A stretch of 64,000 nucleotides of DNA. Source: Tubiluchus corallicola. Its lineage: Eukaryota; Animalia; Priapulida. The stretch lies in contig JAQGDQ010000088.1 in assembly GCA_030141605.1 (NCBI GenBank), positions 124,001 to 188,000 on the forward strand, written 5' to 3'. The notes beneath the pieces were generated by a model. The model worked only from the letters and a program-made list of their open reading frames with translations. It did not search any database and was not told the DNA's origin. The first letter of the stretch is position 1. Each line of letters begins with the position of its first letter. A program made the translations under genes and the position numbers. Of the stretch, positions 1 through 11,948 are shown one piece after another.

Positions 1-445
1 TGTACAAGTCGTCGTGCATTTTAAGACCAAAAATTGCATCATTTTATATATTACCAGTGTACAACCATAAAATATTTAGATCTTCCAGAGTAAATGATGT
101 CAACAATGGCCGAGTAATAAATCAATAGCTTACTGTAAGATACCTGCAAGCGCCTGGGTCGAGTATATTATATCTACCCGATGTATTCATGTTATCATGT
201 TCAATGTATTCCATGATAATGCAGCATGAAGTAATGTCAAGATGCGAACATTCTTTCTCTGATGTGAAATATCACAGTATGAGTGTTCCTTCAGTCCAGC
301 ATAAAGATTATTTCTTTACATATTCGTACTATTGGACGACTCTTTAGCGACATCTCCCAAAACATATCGTAAGTATAAGTCGACCCCAAAAATTTCACCT
401 TAAAATCGCCTCCCAAAAATTCGACTTGTACATAAGTATATACAG
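1..445. mobile_element. Tc1/mariner (pogo-type) MITE, left end cut by the window edge
   Basis: Right end TTCGACTTGTACATAAGTATATACAG followed by TA. Its reverse complement contains TGTACAAGTCG, which matches positions 1-11. An internal GTATAAGTCGAC subterminal copy lies near 374. No ORF. Confidence 0.6.
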
Positions 446-552
446 TATATCATTTTTTATTTTGTCTTGCTTCACAGACAGGAGATCCGTTTCACTACTT
501 CTTGGACAATTAATTGCTTTCAACTAAGTAAATGGGCTAGCAAGCTATGTGC

Positions 553-874
553 AATACATAGTTTCTCTCTTTAAAGCATTAGATACTTAGTTTAATGTTA
601 TGATGATATTAATGGAGCTAATAATAATGATGATATTGTTGTATAGAAATACGTTGGTAAATTCTCAAGGACTACCCATCATTATTATTATTATAAAGTG
701 TCTTTTTTTCTAAAGCAAATTTAGTTTTATGTTTTATTATGCCATAATTCTGGACAGAAATCGCCAGTGCCCTAATTGTGCAGCCCATGTACGACACTGC
801 TTTTCCGCGTGTACGACACATGCGCTTTTGCGGAAGTGTCCTACTTCGGCTAGTGGCGTACTCCGCACCCTACA
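553..874. mobile_element. Right-hand part of a MITE, same family as 8448-11948, without the RTE insertion
   Basis: 553-618 matches 8692-8757 at 65/66 nt. 623-874 aligns with 11706-11948 and ends in the same TIR (CCTACTTCGGCTAGTGG...CCCTACA). Confidence 0.8.
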
Positions 875-1059
875 GCAACAATTTTCATATTCATGATTGT
901 ATTATTCTACTCCATGAGTTCTAGCAGTACATGCAGACGTTTGCGCATGCTCGACTTTCACATGTACCACCTCATCTTATAATTCATTGTTGTGTACTGC
1001 AACATAGTAAATGCAGCACACTTTGTATTCGTTCTAATTCTACAACATCTTATTACCTG

Positions 1060-1300
1060 ACAGATAGTGTTATTGAAGAAAAGCAGTTGTATGTGATTTG
1101 GCAATATTAATTTCAAATAACCTGAAGTGGAACTCTTATATTGAACATTCTGCTTCTCTGGCTAATTGTACCTCTGTAAAAACCTATAATTAGATCAGTA
1201 CTTGAGTATGCATGCATTGTTTGGTCAGCTCAGAATATGACTGTAAAAACGTTTTAGAAAGAACTCAATTGAGGTGTATTAACCTGGCCTTAGATATTCA
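1060..1300 (+). mobile_element. Highly decayed LINE reverse-transcriptase C-terminal fragment (CR1/L2-like)
   Basis: Broken frames give DLAILISNNLKWNSYI, IRSVLEYACIVWS and LERTQ, motifs typical of the region downstream of RT in CR1/L2-type ORF2. Confidence 0.55.
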
Positions 1301-1858
1301 ATCAGACTGTGTATCTTTTTTTGAACAACACTGTGATTATTTGACAATTGGGCACCAGTAAATTTTTGTGATTATGTATTGAATTTTTAGTGACGCACTA
1401 TTTTCGTAATTTAGCTCCCACAATGTTTTTTCTAAGAATCATATCACTTAATTACACATATGCAGTAATGTGGCATACGCAAATGTTAAAAACACTAAAC
1501 TAAATCAATTAGCGCTAAATTAAAACCAATAATTACCTAACAACCACTATTCTGTACCGACAATGTAAACACACGTGCATCCACGGAAGCATAGAAGTTC
1601 AAATGTGAAAACAACTACACCAACATCCAATCAGGAGACAGCAGACGGAGCGTGTGATTCAGTATATCACCTATTAAGATCTGTGCACGTGATTTGCCCT
1701 TGCTAGCGAAACAATGAATCAATCAGTAGTGTGTAGGCGAGTCATGTGGTCTGTTTTGAATAGTATTGAAGAAGGACATAACGAGCCTCTAGTTATTACT
1801 AGCAATTTTACAGTCTCATCGAATCTCAGGCTTAACTAATATATTTAAACCTTGCTTA

Positions 1859-2648
1859 CAGTGAGGCCCGATATTATAAGATCTTCCTCATCATGTCGGA
1901 ATTTTACTGACCCGTGATTGTTCTTCCCCTGCATATAACGAGCACCAGTTCTAAAACAATGGGCAAATAGGCACCATTCACCAAGGATGAAAATATCACT
2001 GTACCCAGTAGGGTTTAATTTATTAATCATGTGCAGAACAATGAGTATAAAGTACAGTATGTACAGACTTGCACTGCTGTAATTGTAACTTAAGTGGGCC
2101 ATGATTCAGTTGAAACCGTTGATAAAGTTTAGCAATTTTTTTCACGTGGCAACTGATAATGTTCTTGTTCACATACCTTTCGTAATTTGTCAGCTTCTTC
2201 ACTAAAGTTCTGGTGTAATGTGCGGCAGACAAAACTAACAATTTTTCAAAAAAGAAACTGTCCTGCTGTGCAAACTAAGCCATTCGGTGACTTTTCAAGA
2301 GCCATCATATTGCACTTGCACATCTATTTAAATAAAAACAGAGCTGTTCATATCCACTATGTAGAAATTTAGAAATGCAACTCATGCGGTGATTTTATGT
2401 AGGGAGTTATTTATTGTATAAATACTGACGTAATCATAGAAATATCAGAGTTTGAACCCTATAATTTTATTCTTTTGTGATAAAATAGTTGCTTAACAGT
2501 GGCACTTGTTAAGCTTGTGCCAGTCTCAAATTAGTGTTCCTTTCATCATATTCGTCTCATAGGCTTTTGGCTTCGGCTATAATGAGACTTGATTATAGAG
2601 AGCAAATTTTCACGGTCTCTTAATATTCGTTATGAGCGGATTATACTG
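1859..2648. mobile_element. Degenerate pogo/Tigger-like MITE
   Basis: TA-CAGTGAGGCCCGATATTATAAG at left and TTCGTTATGAGCGGATTATACTG-TA at right: degenerate TIRs with TA flanks. Confidence 0.4.
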
Positions 2649-2734
2649 TACTATCTTCTGCATATTTTTTTTGTAATGTGAACTCCTAGCCGTGTTACAG
2701 TAATATATGATAAAACAATTACAGCTACTCATTT

Positions 2735-2900
2735 CACATTGCACTTTCTGGTTTTCCACTTTAATTCAGTATAATGTGTAGTTTGTAAAATGTGTAACGT
2801 GTAAAACGAAACGAGCAAGAAGAAGACACCACAAGTTTTACATTAATTTTATTAAAAAAATGACAGCATTTTATTTCAGAAATATCTAGTGCACAAAACA
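2735..2900 (+). repeat. Dispersed repeat fragment (second copy at about 6205-6345)
   Basis: CTTTCTGGTTTT(T)CCACTTT...TAATGTG...TAAAATG...AAAATATGAC...AAATA.CTA.TGCAC is shared by the two loci. Confidence 0.5.
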
Positions 2901-4926
2901 GTAAAATCAGTAAGCAGACCAAGATCTTATGACCCCAGCAGAGTCATACAGTTATGAGTAACAGAGAAAAAATACAACCATTTGCAGACTATAAGGCAAG
3001 GAAAAAGCTGTAACTTTAACTAGCTACTAAGAAACTGAATTTCCTTGCTTATTTTTCACTTAGTATTGAAACTAACTTTTTGTTGATGTTGTTGGTAACA
3101 TAGAATTCAGGTTGATGGTTGACAATTCAAGTTGTTTCTGTTGAAACTTTAGCATTCTGAGTGAAGCTGAAACCTTGAACACATGTACTGTATAAATTAA
3201 AAGATGAAGTGGTACATACATTGTTTACTTATGTTGCTCTGCATTAAAGGGCGGGATAAGTCACTTAGGATGTTGGGTTCATTTTACTGTTATCACTTAA
3301 ACCTAGAAAAAGATAACACAAATAGCAAAAACCTGCCTACAAAGCATAAAGTTAATTTACACTACTGCTGTAACAAAATTTTCAAGAACTGGTAGCTGCA
3401 GTTCTCTTGAAAATTATGACCTTACTGATGAATTTCGTGACTTCGCAAGCAGTCATGACTTTTCAAGTGTAAACGTGTGCTTGAACTAATTCACACTTCT
3501 GCAGCTTACCTAATGGTCAAGCAAAAATATCACACAATTAGCTATCTATTTTTTTGTAAAAACTTGTACTTTTCACAGAAATTAATGGTGTGCTACTTAT
3601 CTTTTGAGCTGATAAACGACGTCACTGGTGGAAGAATGGGCATTCAAAATGGAAGTGCCCAAGCGTGAAACGATTGCGATTTTAAAGTGGTTTTACTAAT
3701 TACATGAGGCACTTATCACACTTTTATTACTAAATCTTTCTAACATTTTCCCCAAACATTGAAATAAGCCTAACTTCCCAGAAAGATTGGCCTTTGCTTA
3801 AACATTGGAAAATTAACAATAATGCAAAGTCAACATTAACTCAAAATCTAAAGGGTAAAAACTTGTTTAAGAGTTTATTTTCAGCATGGTGAAAAATTTC
3901 AGAGTAGTACTCTCAAGGCCGGCTCTAAAATTAAGGGAAACTAGACAGGCAACTAAGCAGATTTTGGGGGGTGCCAAATTGTGGAATAATTCTTTAATTT
4001 TTAAGTTTAGTCTGAGTAATAACAAAGTATGTCATTAAGTACTTCTTTAAGTGCACAGCATTAATTAAATGAAACAAATTAGTTGTATTATTTTCCTGTC
4101 AAAATGAGCCAATCATGGATGCTAGTATCTCCCAGCAGCAATATTTTTGCTTCAAACAAAAATTGACAGATGGCAAGTGACAACAACGAACAGCAAAAAC
4201 ATTCCCCAAAAAAGTATACAGTTGTGAAGGCGATGAAGCTAGTGTAATGGATGTATATGTGAAAAAGCTGAGTTAGGATTTCAAAATTTTTTTATGAAAA
4301 GCTGAAGGAGAATCTATACAAGAATAGCTTGATTTTGATTGCTCCTGAAAACCCAGGACTTGCAATTTTGTCATAAATGCAATTTCAAATGAAATCAAGA
4401 CAAGTTATAAATAGATGACTGTACATTATAAAGCAAGTATTATCGTAGCATATAGGTACCATTATACTTCATAATGTTATACAAGAAAAATAAAATTTTG
4501 GAGAGTATGGTGTGTGCCGTGATTGAAGGGGTTGACTGTTGATGAGGAGCTCTAAAAATACATTTGCCTAGGAGGGTGTAAAACTACCTCGAGTACTCTT
4601 TGCACTTAAGTTACATTTTATCTGGAGCACTGCATTGCTATATGGGTATCAATGAAACACTCCTGTTGAAGTTACTTACGGCATATTATGAGGTCATACT
4701 GAAGGACATTCAACATCACATCACATTCACCTCCTCATTGGTAGACTAATGCTATATATATTTCTGTGTCTTTTGTACAGCAAAAAGATGCTGTGCTTTG
4801 TCATTTGACAAAATATTGCCAAAAAATTGTGATTTTTTTACTATTAATAATTTTTGAGTTGTTGTTGTTGCCCTCATGTTGTTCACATTGTTACTGGTTA
4901 TCTTATTATTAATTATTATTATATAG

Positions 4927-5076
4927 AACTGGTATGTGATGGCTTTTGGGTTAATAACAATCACTGGGTGTGTTTCATACCTTGCGTATCTACACGCAAC
5001 TACAGAGAATAAAGCACAAGTCACTTATGAAAATGAATCCATTGATGTGCCAATCAAAAAGACAAAGTGGGATTAG
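4927..5076 (+). CDS. SMIM8: Small integral membrane protein 8, last coding exon (upstream coding exon not found in the window)
   Basis: After acceptor ATATAG (4926) the frame reads NWYVMAFGLITITGCVSYLAYLHATTENKAQVTYENESIDVPIKKTKWD*. This matches the SMIM8 C-terminal half as recalled (N..VMAFGL....CV.Y..YLHA..ENK...KWD). A donor CAG|GTGAGT follows at 5106. Confidence 0.85.
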   Translation, partial: NWYVMAFGLITITGCVSYLAYLHATTENKAQVTYENESIDVPIKKTKWD

Positions 5077-5208
5077 AAACAAGCTTCGAAACTAGTACAT
5101 TTTCAGGTGAGTGCAATGCTAAAAACATACTTGAAACTGTGAACTTACTGCATACATAAATACAGAGGCCTATACACTAACACAAAGTTGAACAGTAAAT
5201 ATGATATA

Positions 5209-5740
5209 TTGTAAGTCCTTGTTTAACGATGCCAACGCATTCCAGCAAAACACAAATGTTAACTGAAAATTTGTTAAACGAAGCCAAGACTGTCATAGAA
5301 AGTAATATGCTCCACTGGCAAAACATAAATTACTGCTGCTTCACATGAATAAAATATTTTTTGAGCTTCATATTCATATTTCTCCTGATTGATTTCTTTC
5401 ACCTTGCTTGGAACCACCTATCTTTCTTGCCACTAGCCAGCTAGCGGTTTTTTCTGTTAACGTTGAAGATGTACACATTTAGCGGTTAAATGCTGCATAG
5501 TAAAAGCGAAGCTCTGCAGTAATTTTTGGACAGTTTCATCTAAATACTGGTTGCTTATAAACTGGTTTCAGACAAAATTTCTTTGCATGAAGTCTGGACA
5601 AGTACCTGCAGACATATAAATTTCAATAGATCTAAATTGATACAAAAGGCTAGCATTTAGCAGTCAGTCGACAAAAACATAAAAATAACTATACTGTTTT
5701 ACATTCTAGCAATTTTTAGAACAGTATAGTGCAATATATA
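5209..5740 (+). mobile_element. Truncated copy of the Tigger/pogo-like MITE at 60541-61302
   Basis: GTAAGTCCTTGTTTAACGATG...TCCAGCAAAA...AAGACTGTCATAGAAAGTAAT and later blocks (CAGACAAAATT, ACTGTTTTACATT) are collinear with 60541-61110. The right TIR is absent. Confidence 0.7.
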
Positions 5741-5758
5741 GAATTATATACAGATGTA

Positions 5759-5762
<4 letters not shown>

Positions 5763-5797
<35 letters not shown>
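5763..5797. repeat. (TA)n microsatellite
   Basis: Uninterrupted TA run seen directly. Confidence 0.95.
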
Positions 5798-5802
<5 letters not shown>

Positions 5803-7085
5803 AAGGAATTTATCATTCATTTTGCTTATTCCAGGTGTAAGAAATTCCATCATTTTGATAGGTAAAGAAAGGTTAGAAGGGGCAAAATACTCTCACCTCT
5901 GTGACGTATAAAATCAATATGCTGCTTATTTTACTTTAATGCAGCTACATATTTTTGGGGTACTTGACATTTGAGCATGAGATATTTGGATAGGCCTACC
6001 AATAAAATATCCCCAATTCGTTTTTTGTTTATTAAGTTTTTAAGGATTCACTATCTTCTTAACTCCTACAATACATTATTTCTCGACTCAAAGTGTACAA
6101 ATTATGTATGAAAGATATTATACATAATATTTTTTGAAATTATTTCACTAAACTTAACATGTGTAGTAATTTTTGTTATCACAACTAAAATCAATCAATT
6201 GACTTTGCTCTTTCTGGTTTTTCCACTTTTGGTATTAATGTGCCGTTTATAAAATGAACGAAGCTGAAGCAGATTAACATTTTATCAAAATATGACGGCA
6301 ACTTAGTTCAAAAATACCTAATGCACCACAAAAACAACAAGTAACAGAAAACTCTGCATGACAAAAAGATCTAGTCACAACAAAATTTAACGTTATTGTA
6401 GCAGTTAAACTAATATTATATCACAGTTCTATATTCATTCAGTGCAAGCTTGGTGTGCTTTAGGAGAAACTGGCGTGTAATGCATTGTTTATTTATTCAT
6501 ACTAACTACCCCTCGAAATGAAACAATTAATGAGGCAATTAATGAGCCACATACTTAATGTATAACTATAATTGCATGGTTTTTGCCATATTATGTGTGA
6601 TACATGTAACACATGCTTTCAGCAGCTCAGCAGTGCTTTTACACATGCCAAGTGATTAGCCATTTCCCATTTTAATTACACGATCATATTCAGAAAAATC
6701 ATAATTATTTCTTTTCTTACAAAAACTGCAAGTGTTTTAAAAGCTACAAAGGACATGTATTCTCACAATTTAAGTCTACAATAGGCAGTATGATTTGCAA
6801 TGCTACACAGAAACAATGTCACGGTGCTCTTGCATTATCGAGTCATGTAGCAGTGCACCGTGTGTGCCCACTGGTGCCCATGTGAATCAGCACCCAAATG
6901 GCCTGTCCCCGTATTTTTACTCTTTTTGCCACAGAGGTCAGTTGACTATTTACAGTTTAGACTAACATCCAAAGTACTGCCAGCATACCCCTTTGCAGAA
7001 AAGGTTTATATTTAGCCACTCAGTTTTTATAATAAATAATTAAAAATTTAAGTAATGTCATAATAGTGAATTATACAGTTGGAGA

Positions 7086-8336
7086 TTATAATTCCAGCAC
7101 TAACAACGTCTTACTCCACTGCACAGAGGCCTTTAGAGCAGATACTGACCCTATAAGTGACAAACAAACCATGAGGTGAAACATTGCAGTCCAGCCATAT
7201 AATTGTGAAAATATACCTATAATTGGACCTTGCAAAATTATTCCCAGGCTACCAATTCCATTTATAGTACCAACAACTGAAGCTCCTGCACCTTTACCAC
7301 TTAGTTCTCCAAGATATGCAGGAACAGATGCACCAAGTATACTATCTGGTGCACAGTTAAAAGCACCAGCTAGTGATGTAAACAGTACATTGAATTGATG
7401 TCCCCAGGCACTTGTAGTACTAAACAATATCAATGACGTTGCACTTAAGAAGGCACAAATGCCTGAACACAGTAGACCATTTCCAGCACACCACCTGTCT
7501 ATAATAATTCCAATGGCTGCACTACCAAGTACACCTCCAATCTCAAATGATGTTGAAGACATTCCGGCTACAGTTTTTTCATAATGGAGATGCTGAATTA
7601 GATACATGGGGAGCCACATGTACATACAGTATCTTACAATTTTCAAACAAAAAACTGCTACTCCAACCTCAAGTAACATTGGCATCATCAACATTTGTTT
7701 CCAAGAGAGTATTTGACATGAGTTTTTATTACTAGATTGAAGTTGTTTATCGGGAATATGCATACCGGTTTCATGTGGCATATGAAAATAGAGTGCTACT
7801 AAAATGCTGGTTGTGGCTACAACACAACTTGGGACTATAAAAATTTCCCTCCATCCGTATGCTGCCTGAAGAAATACTGCTAATGCAGTACCCGCAATGC
7901 CACCGGCAAATGCACATGTTCCATAAATACCAAAAATTGTATTTCTGACTTTATCTGGAAACCATGCTTCTATTGTCTTTGTGCAATTTGGCCAACACTG
8001 AGCTTGTGCTAGGCCATTTATAAATAATAACATAGCAAAAATTGTGAAACTGTTCCAATAACCAAAGGAAATCATGGATATAGATGACAGAACCAGAGAC
8101 ACACTCAAGATTAGCCTGCATCCATATTTGTCTCCAAGAGAACTAAACAATATTTGAGCTATGGCATACGGCAGAAAAAGAGCTGAGTCTAGTAGCCCTA
8201 ACTGAGTCTTGGAAAATGTTAATTCATCCTCTAAATCGACTTTGATCACTCCAAGAGGTTTCCGAAGCAAGTAAGTGGCTGCATAAGTAAACCATCCTAA
8301 CATGAATATTGCAGCCTGCCTTGTCTTTAAAGACAT
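7086..8336 (-). CDS. MFS organophosphate:Pi antiporter family (SLC37/GlpT/UhpC-like) sugar-phosphate transporter, 416 aa, single coding exon
   Basis: Open 416-codon frame from the ATG at 8336, with a TTTCTAG acceptor ending at 8341. About 12 hydrophobic segments, N-terminal YLLRKP motif, motif-A-like SSLGDKYGCR, WFP..R.T..G and Y....WLP.Y, all typical of the GlpT/SLC37 family. Confidence 0.88.
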   Translation of the reverse strand: MSLKTRQAAIFMLGWFTYAATYLLRKPLGVIKVDLEDELTFSKTQLGLLDSALFLPYAIAQILFSSLGDKYGCRLILSVSLVLSSISMISFGYWNSFTIFAMLLFINGLAQAQCWPNCTKTIEAWFPDKVRNTIFGIYGTCAFAGGIAGTALAVFLQAAYGWREIFIVPSCVVATTSILVALYFHMPHETGMHIPDKQLQSSNKNSCQILSWKQMLMMPMLLEVGVAVFCLKIVRYCMYMWLPMYLIQHLHYEKTVAGMSSTSFEIGGVLGSAAIGIIIDRWCAGNGLLCSGICAFLSATSLILFSTTSAWGHQFNVLFTSLAGAFNCAPDSILGASVPAYLGELSGKGAGASVVGTINGIGSLGIILQGPIIGIFSQLYGWTAMFHLMVCLSLIGSVSALKASVQWSKTLLVLEL

Positions 8337-8447
8337 TACACTAGAAATATAAAACAAATTTTTGGTTCAGGGGTGCTGCAATTTCGAATAAAATCTGTTT
8401 TTAGGCATTAAACATCTACCACCTGTATGTTAGCAAAATTGGTGTGG

Positions 8448-11400
8448 TGTTCGGCGCCGAGCAACTCACTAGTCGAAGTAGGACAATTGGCGTACATGGG
8501 GCTAGCCCAAGTAAGACGCGTCGTAGATGGGCTGCCCAAGTAGGACACTAAAGACAGGTCACAAATTGAGTCGTTAATCGTACTGGCAGCACCCGTTATC
8601 CTTGTTTATTTAACAGTAATAATTGAAAACGTCAAAAACGTTGAATAATTTATTATACATCTGGTAAAATAAAAGAATCTTATTTTGAATTAATACATAG
8701 TTTCTCTCTTTAAAGCATTAGATACTTAGTTTAATGTTATGATGATATTAATGAAGCATGGGGAGCGGACTAGAAAAGGTGTCCCAATCATAGTCTGCCT
8801 CAACACTTTCGTGGTCCAGCAAGCCGCGGCTGGCGGGAAATCCCATCTGTGCGGTCGAAAGAACGAGAAAAATAACACTAACACTGAGTGCCTGGAACGT
8901 CAGGGCACTACTCGACAATGGCAACACCAACAGACCTGAAAGAAGAACTGCTCTTATAGCAAAAGAATTACAAAGATACAAAATTGACATAGCTGCCCTC
9001 AGCAAAACACGCCTTGCAGAGAAAGGACAACTCTCTGAAGTTGACGGCGGATACACTTTCTTTTGGAGTGGGAGACCATCAGGTGAGAAAAGAGAGGCTG
9101 GAGTTGAATTCGCAGTCAGAAATGGCCTTGTGAAGAACCTCTTTAAACTTCCAGATGGCATCAATGACTGGCTTATGACTCTCCAACTACCCCTCATGAA
9201 AGGGAAGAAAGCTACACTCATAAGTGCATATGCCCCAACCATGACCAATCCAGATGATAGAAAGCTACACTCATAAGTGCATATGCCCCAACCATGACCA
9301 ATCCAGATGACATCAAGGACAAGTTTTATGAAGAGCTAGATGCTACCATTGTAAATGTTCCAACATCAGACAAGCTCATACTACTTGGAGATTTCAATGC
9401 TAGAGTGGGAACAGATCACCAATCATGGGAAGGAGTTATTGGCACACAAGGAGTGGGAATCAGCCTACACATCCAACCTAAAAGGCGACCACAAAGCCAC
9501 CATTGTTGACCAGAAATTGGAGCACTTCAGAGACCTGGTCTACTCAACTGCCCATGAACATTTAGGGGTTGCTACGAAAAAACATCAAGACTAGTTTGAT
9601 GAAAACGATTCTGAAATTATCACTTTGATAGCATCCAACCACCATCTACTTAGCACCAAAATGACCCCACATCAGAAGTGAAGAGGGCAGCATTCACACA
9701 TAAATGCAATGATGTGCAAAGGAAGCTCCGTGAAATGCAAGACGCCTGGCTGTCAAGCAAAGCAGAAGTAATACAACACTACGCTGACGCCAACAACTCA
9801 AAAAAGTTCTATGATGCCCTCAAGTCCATCTACGGTCCACAACCATCTGGGACTTCACCACTCCTCAGCGCAGATGGAACAAAGTTGCTAACTGACAAGT
9901 CTGACATCCTGGAAAGATGGGCAGAACATTTCAACACCGAGGAGATCGTCAAAGCCATTGAACAAACCTCCCATGGCAAAACACCAGGTGCTGATGGACA
10001 GGGGGGGCAGCAATGCTACAAGAACTTACCAACCTATTCCAGCTGATGTGGGAGGAAAGCAAACTTCTTCAAGACCTCCGAGATGCTACAGTTGTTCACA
10101 TTTACAAGTGAAAAGGGAACAGACAGTCATGTGACAACCACAGAAGTATATCTCTGCTGTCCATAGCGGGTAAGATCCTGGCACGTGTCCTACTAAATCC
10201 ACTGTTGTTTCAACTGGAGAAAGACCTTCTCCCAGAGAGCCAGTGTGGCTTTAGAGCAGGCAGAGGAATGGTGGATATGATCTTTGCTGCAAGACAACTT
10301 CAAGAGAAGTGCCAAGAACAGAACGTCAGCCTCTTCACAACATTCATAGACCTGACCAAGGCTTTTGATACTGTGAGTAGGAATGGCCTCTGGAAGATCA
10401 TGGAAAAATATGGATGCCCAAAGAAGTTTATTGATATTGTGCGGCAGTTTCACGAAGGCATGATGGTAAGAGTCCTAGATGACGGAGACATGTCTGAAGC
10501 CTTTGAAGTAACAAATGGTGTAAAACAGGGATGTGTACTCGCTCCAACACTCTTCAGCATGATGTTCTCTGCCATGCTACATGATGCTTTTGAAAACACC
10601 CAGGATGGCATTAAGATAGAATACAGATCAGATGGCAGCCTCTTCAACTCCAGGCGCTTGCAAGCTACCACCAAGACCCATGTAACCACAGTCAAAGACT
10701 TTCTCTTTGCTGATGACTGTGCTCTCAGTGCCACCTCCCAAGAACAAATGCAAAGAGAGATGGACCACTTCGCATCAGCCTGCAAGAACTACGGCCTAAC
10801 AATTTCTACAAAGAAAACTGAAGTTATGTACCAACCAGCCCTAGACGCCCCACAGATTCTGCCAAAGATTTTAGTGAATGGTCAAGAACTTATCTCTGTT
10901 GACAACTTCACATACATAGGGAGCGCCCTTACCACAGCTGCCAACATCGATACAGAAATCAACAACAGAATTGCCAATGCTAGAGCTTCATTTGGAAGAC
11001 TCCGCTCCTACGCAAAGGACAGGAGAGGCATCAGAACCACCACAAAATTGAAGGTATATAGAGCTATCGTCATCACCACTCTCCTCTATGCCAGTGAATC
11101 CTGGGCATTATATAGGAGGCACGTAAAACAGCTTAACCACTTTCACATGGACTGTCTGAGGAAAATCCTGCACATCAAGGGGCAGGACAAGCTGCCAGAC
11201 ACAGAGGTACTTAAAAGAGCTGGCCTCCCCAGCATCCATACACTCCTCCTAAAAACACAAGTTCTGTGGGCAGGACATGTGATTCGCATGCCAGACAACC
11301 GCATACCAAAGAAGATGCTCTATGGAGAATTTGTGTCTGGCAAGAAAAAGGTTGGACGACCAAAGAAACGCTTCAAAGACAGCCTGAAGGCCTCACTCAA

Positions 11401-11948
11401 GGAGCTCAGCATGGATATCCGCTCAATGGAAACCCTTGCACAAGATCACCACAGGGGCTGAGACAGCAGAGGCGAAAAGAATTGAGCAGGGAGAGGAGAA
11501 GCGCAGGAGATGCAAGGCATGTGACACTGCCCAACAACAGGTCCAAACACCCAGCCTCACCTGTGCCAAATGCCTAGGAAGTTTCCAGGCCAGAATTGGC
11601 CTAGTCAGTCACCTTCTAGCTCATCAAACGAATGACAACCCCCAAACTGACCTTTTATCGCTGTCACTATGGTCATCTTCGATTCGAAGGACGACCATCA
11701 TCATCAATAATGACGATATTATTGCAAAAAATACATTTGTAAATTGTCAAGGAGTATCCATCATTATTATAAAGTTACTTTTTTCTAAAACAAATTAGTT
11801 TTACGTTTCATTATGTCATAACTCTCGATACAAATCGCCAGTGTCCTACTTGGGCTGCCCATGTGTGACACTGCTTTTCCGCAAATTTAGCACATGCCTT
11901 TTACCGGAATTGCCCTACTTCGGCTAGTGGATTACTCGGCGCCCTACA
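8448..11948. mobile_element. MITE (about 550 bp without insert) with about 100-bp imperfect TIRs, interrupted by an RTE LINE
   Basis: Left end TGTTCGGCGCCGAGCAACTCACTAGTCGAAGTAGGACAATT versus right-end reverse complement TGTAGGGCGCCGAGTAATCCACTAGCCGAAGTAGGGCAATT. The inner ATGGGCTGCCCAAGTAGGACACT (about 8527) is mirrored at about 11840-11862. No clear TSD. Confidence 0.8.
8758..11705 (+). mobile_element. RTE-clade (BovB-like) LINE, near full-length but inactivated
   Basis: APE endonuclease (LSAWNVR...IAALSKTR...GYTFFWSG...AYAPT...LGDFNARVG). RT (PESQCGFR, FIDLTKAFD, GVKQGCVLAP, LFADD). C-terminal C2H2 finger (CAKC...SHLLAH), 3' hairpin CTTCGATTCGAAG and (CAT)n tail. Contains stops, frameshifts, internal deletions and a 53-bp duplication. 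Boundaries defined from the empty MITE copy at 553-874. Confidence 0.93.

Noticed and set aside
8748-9248. 166-aa and other minus-strand ORFs over 8748-10785
   Set aside because: Antisense shadows of the RTE ORF.
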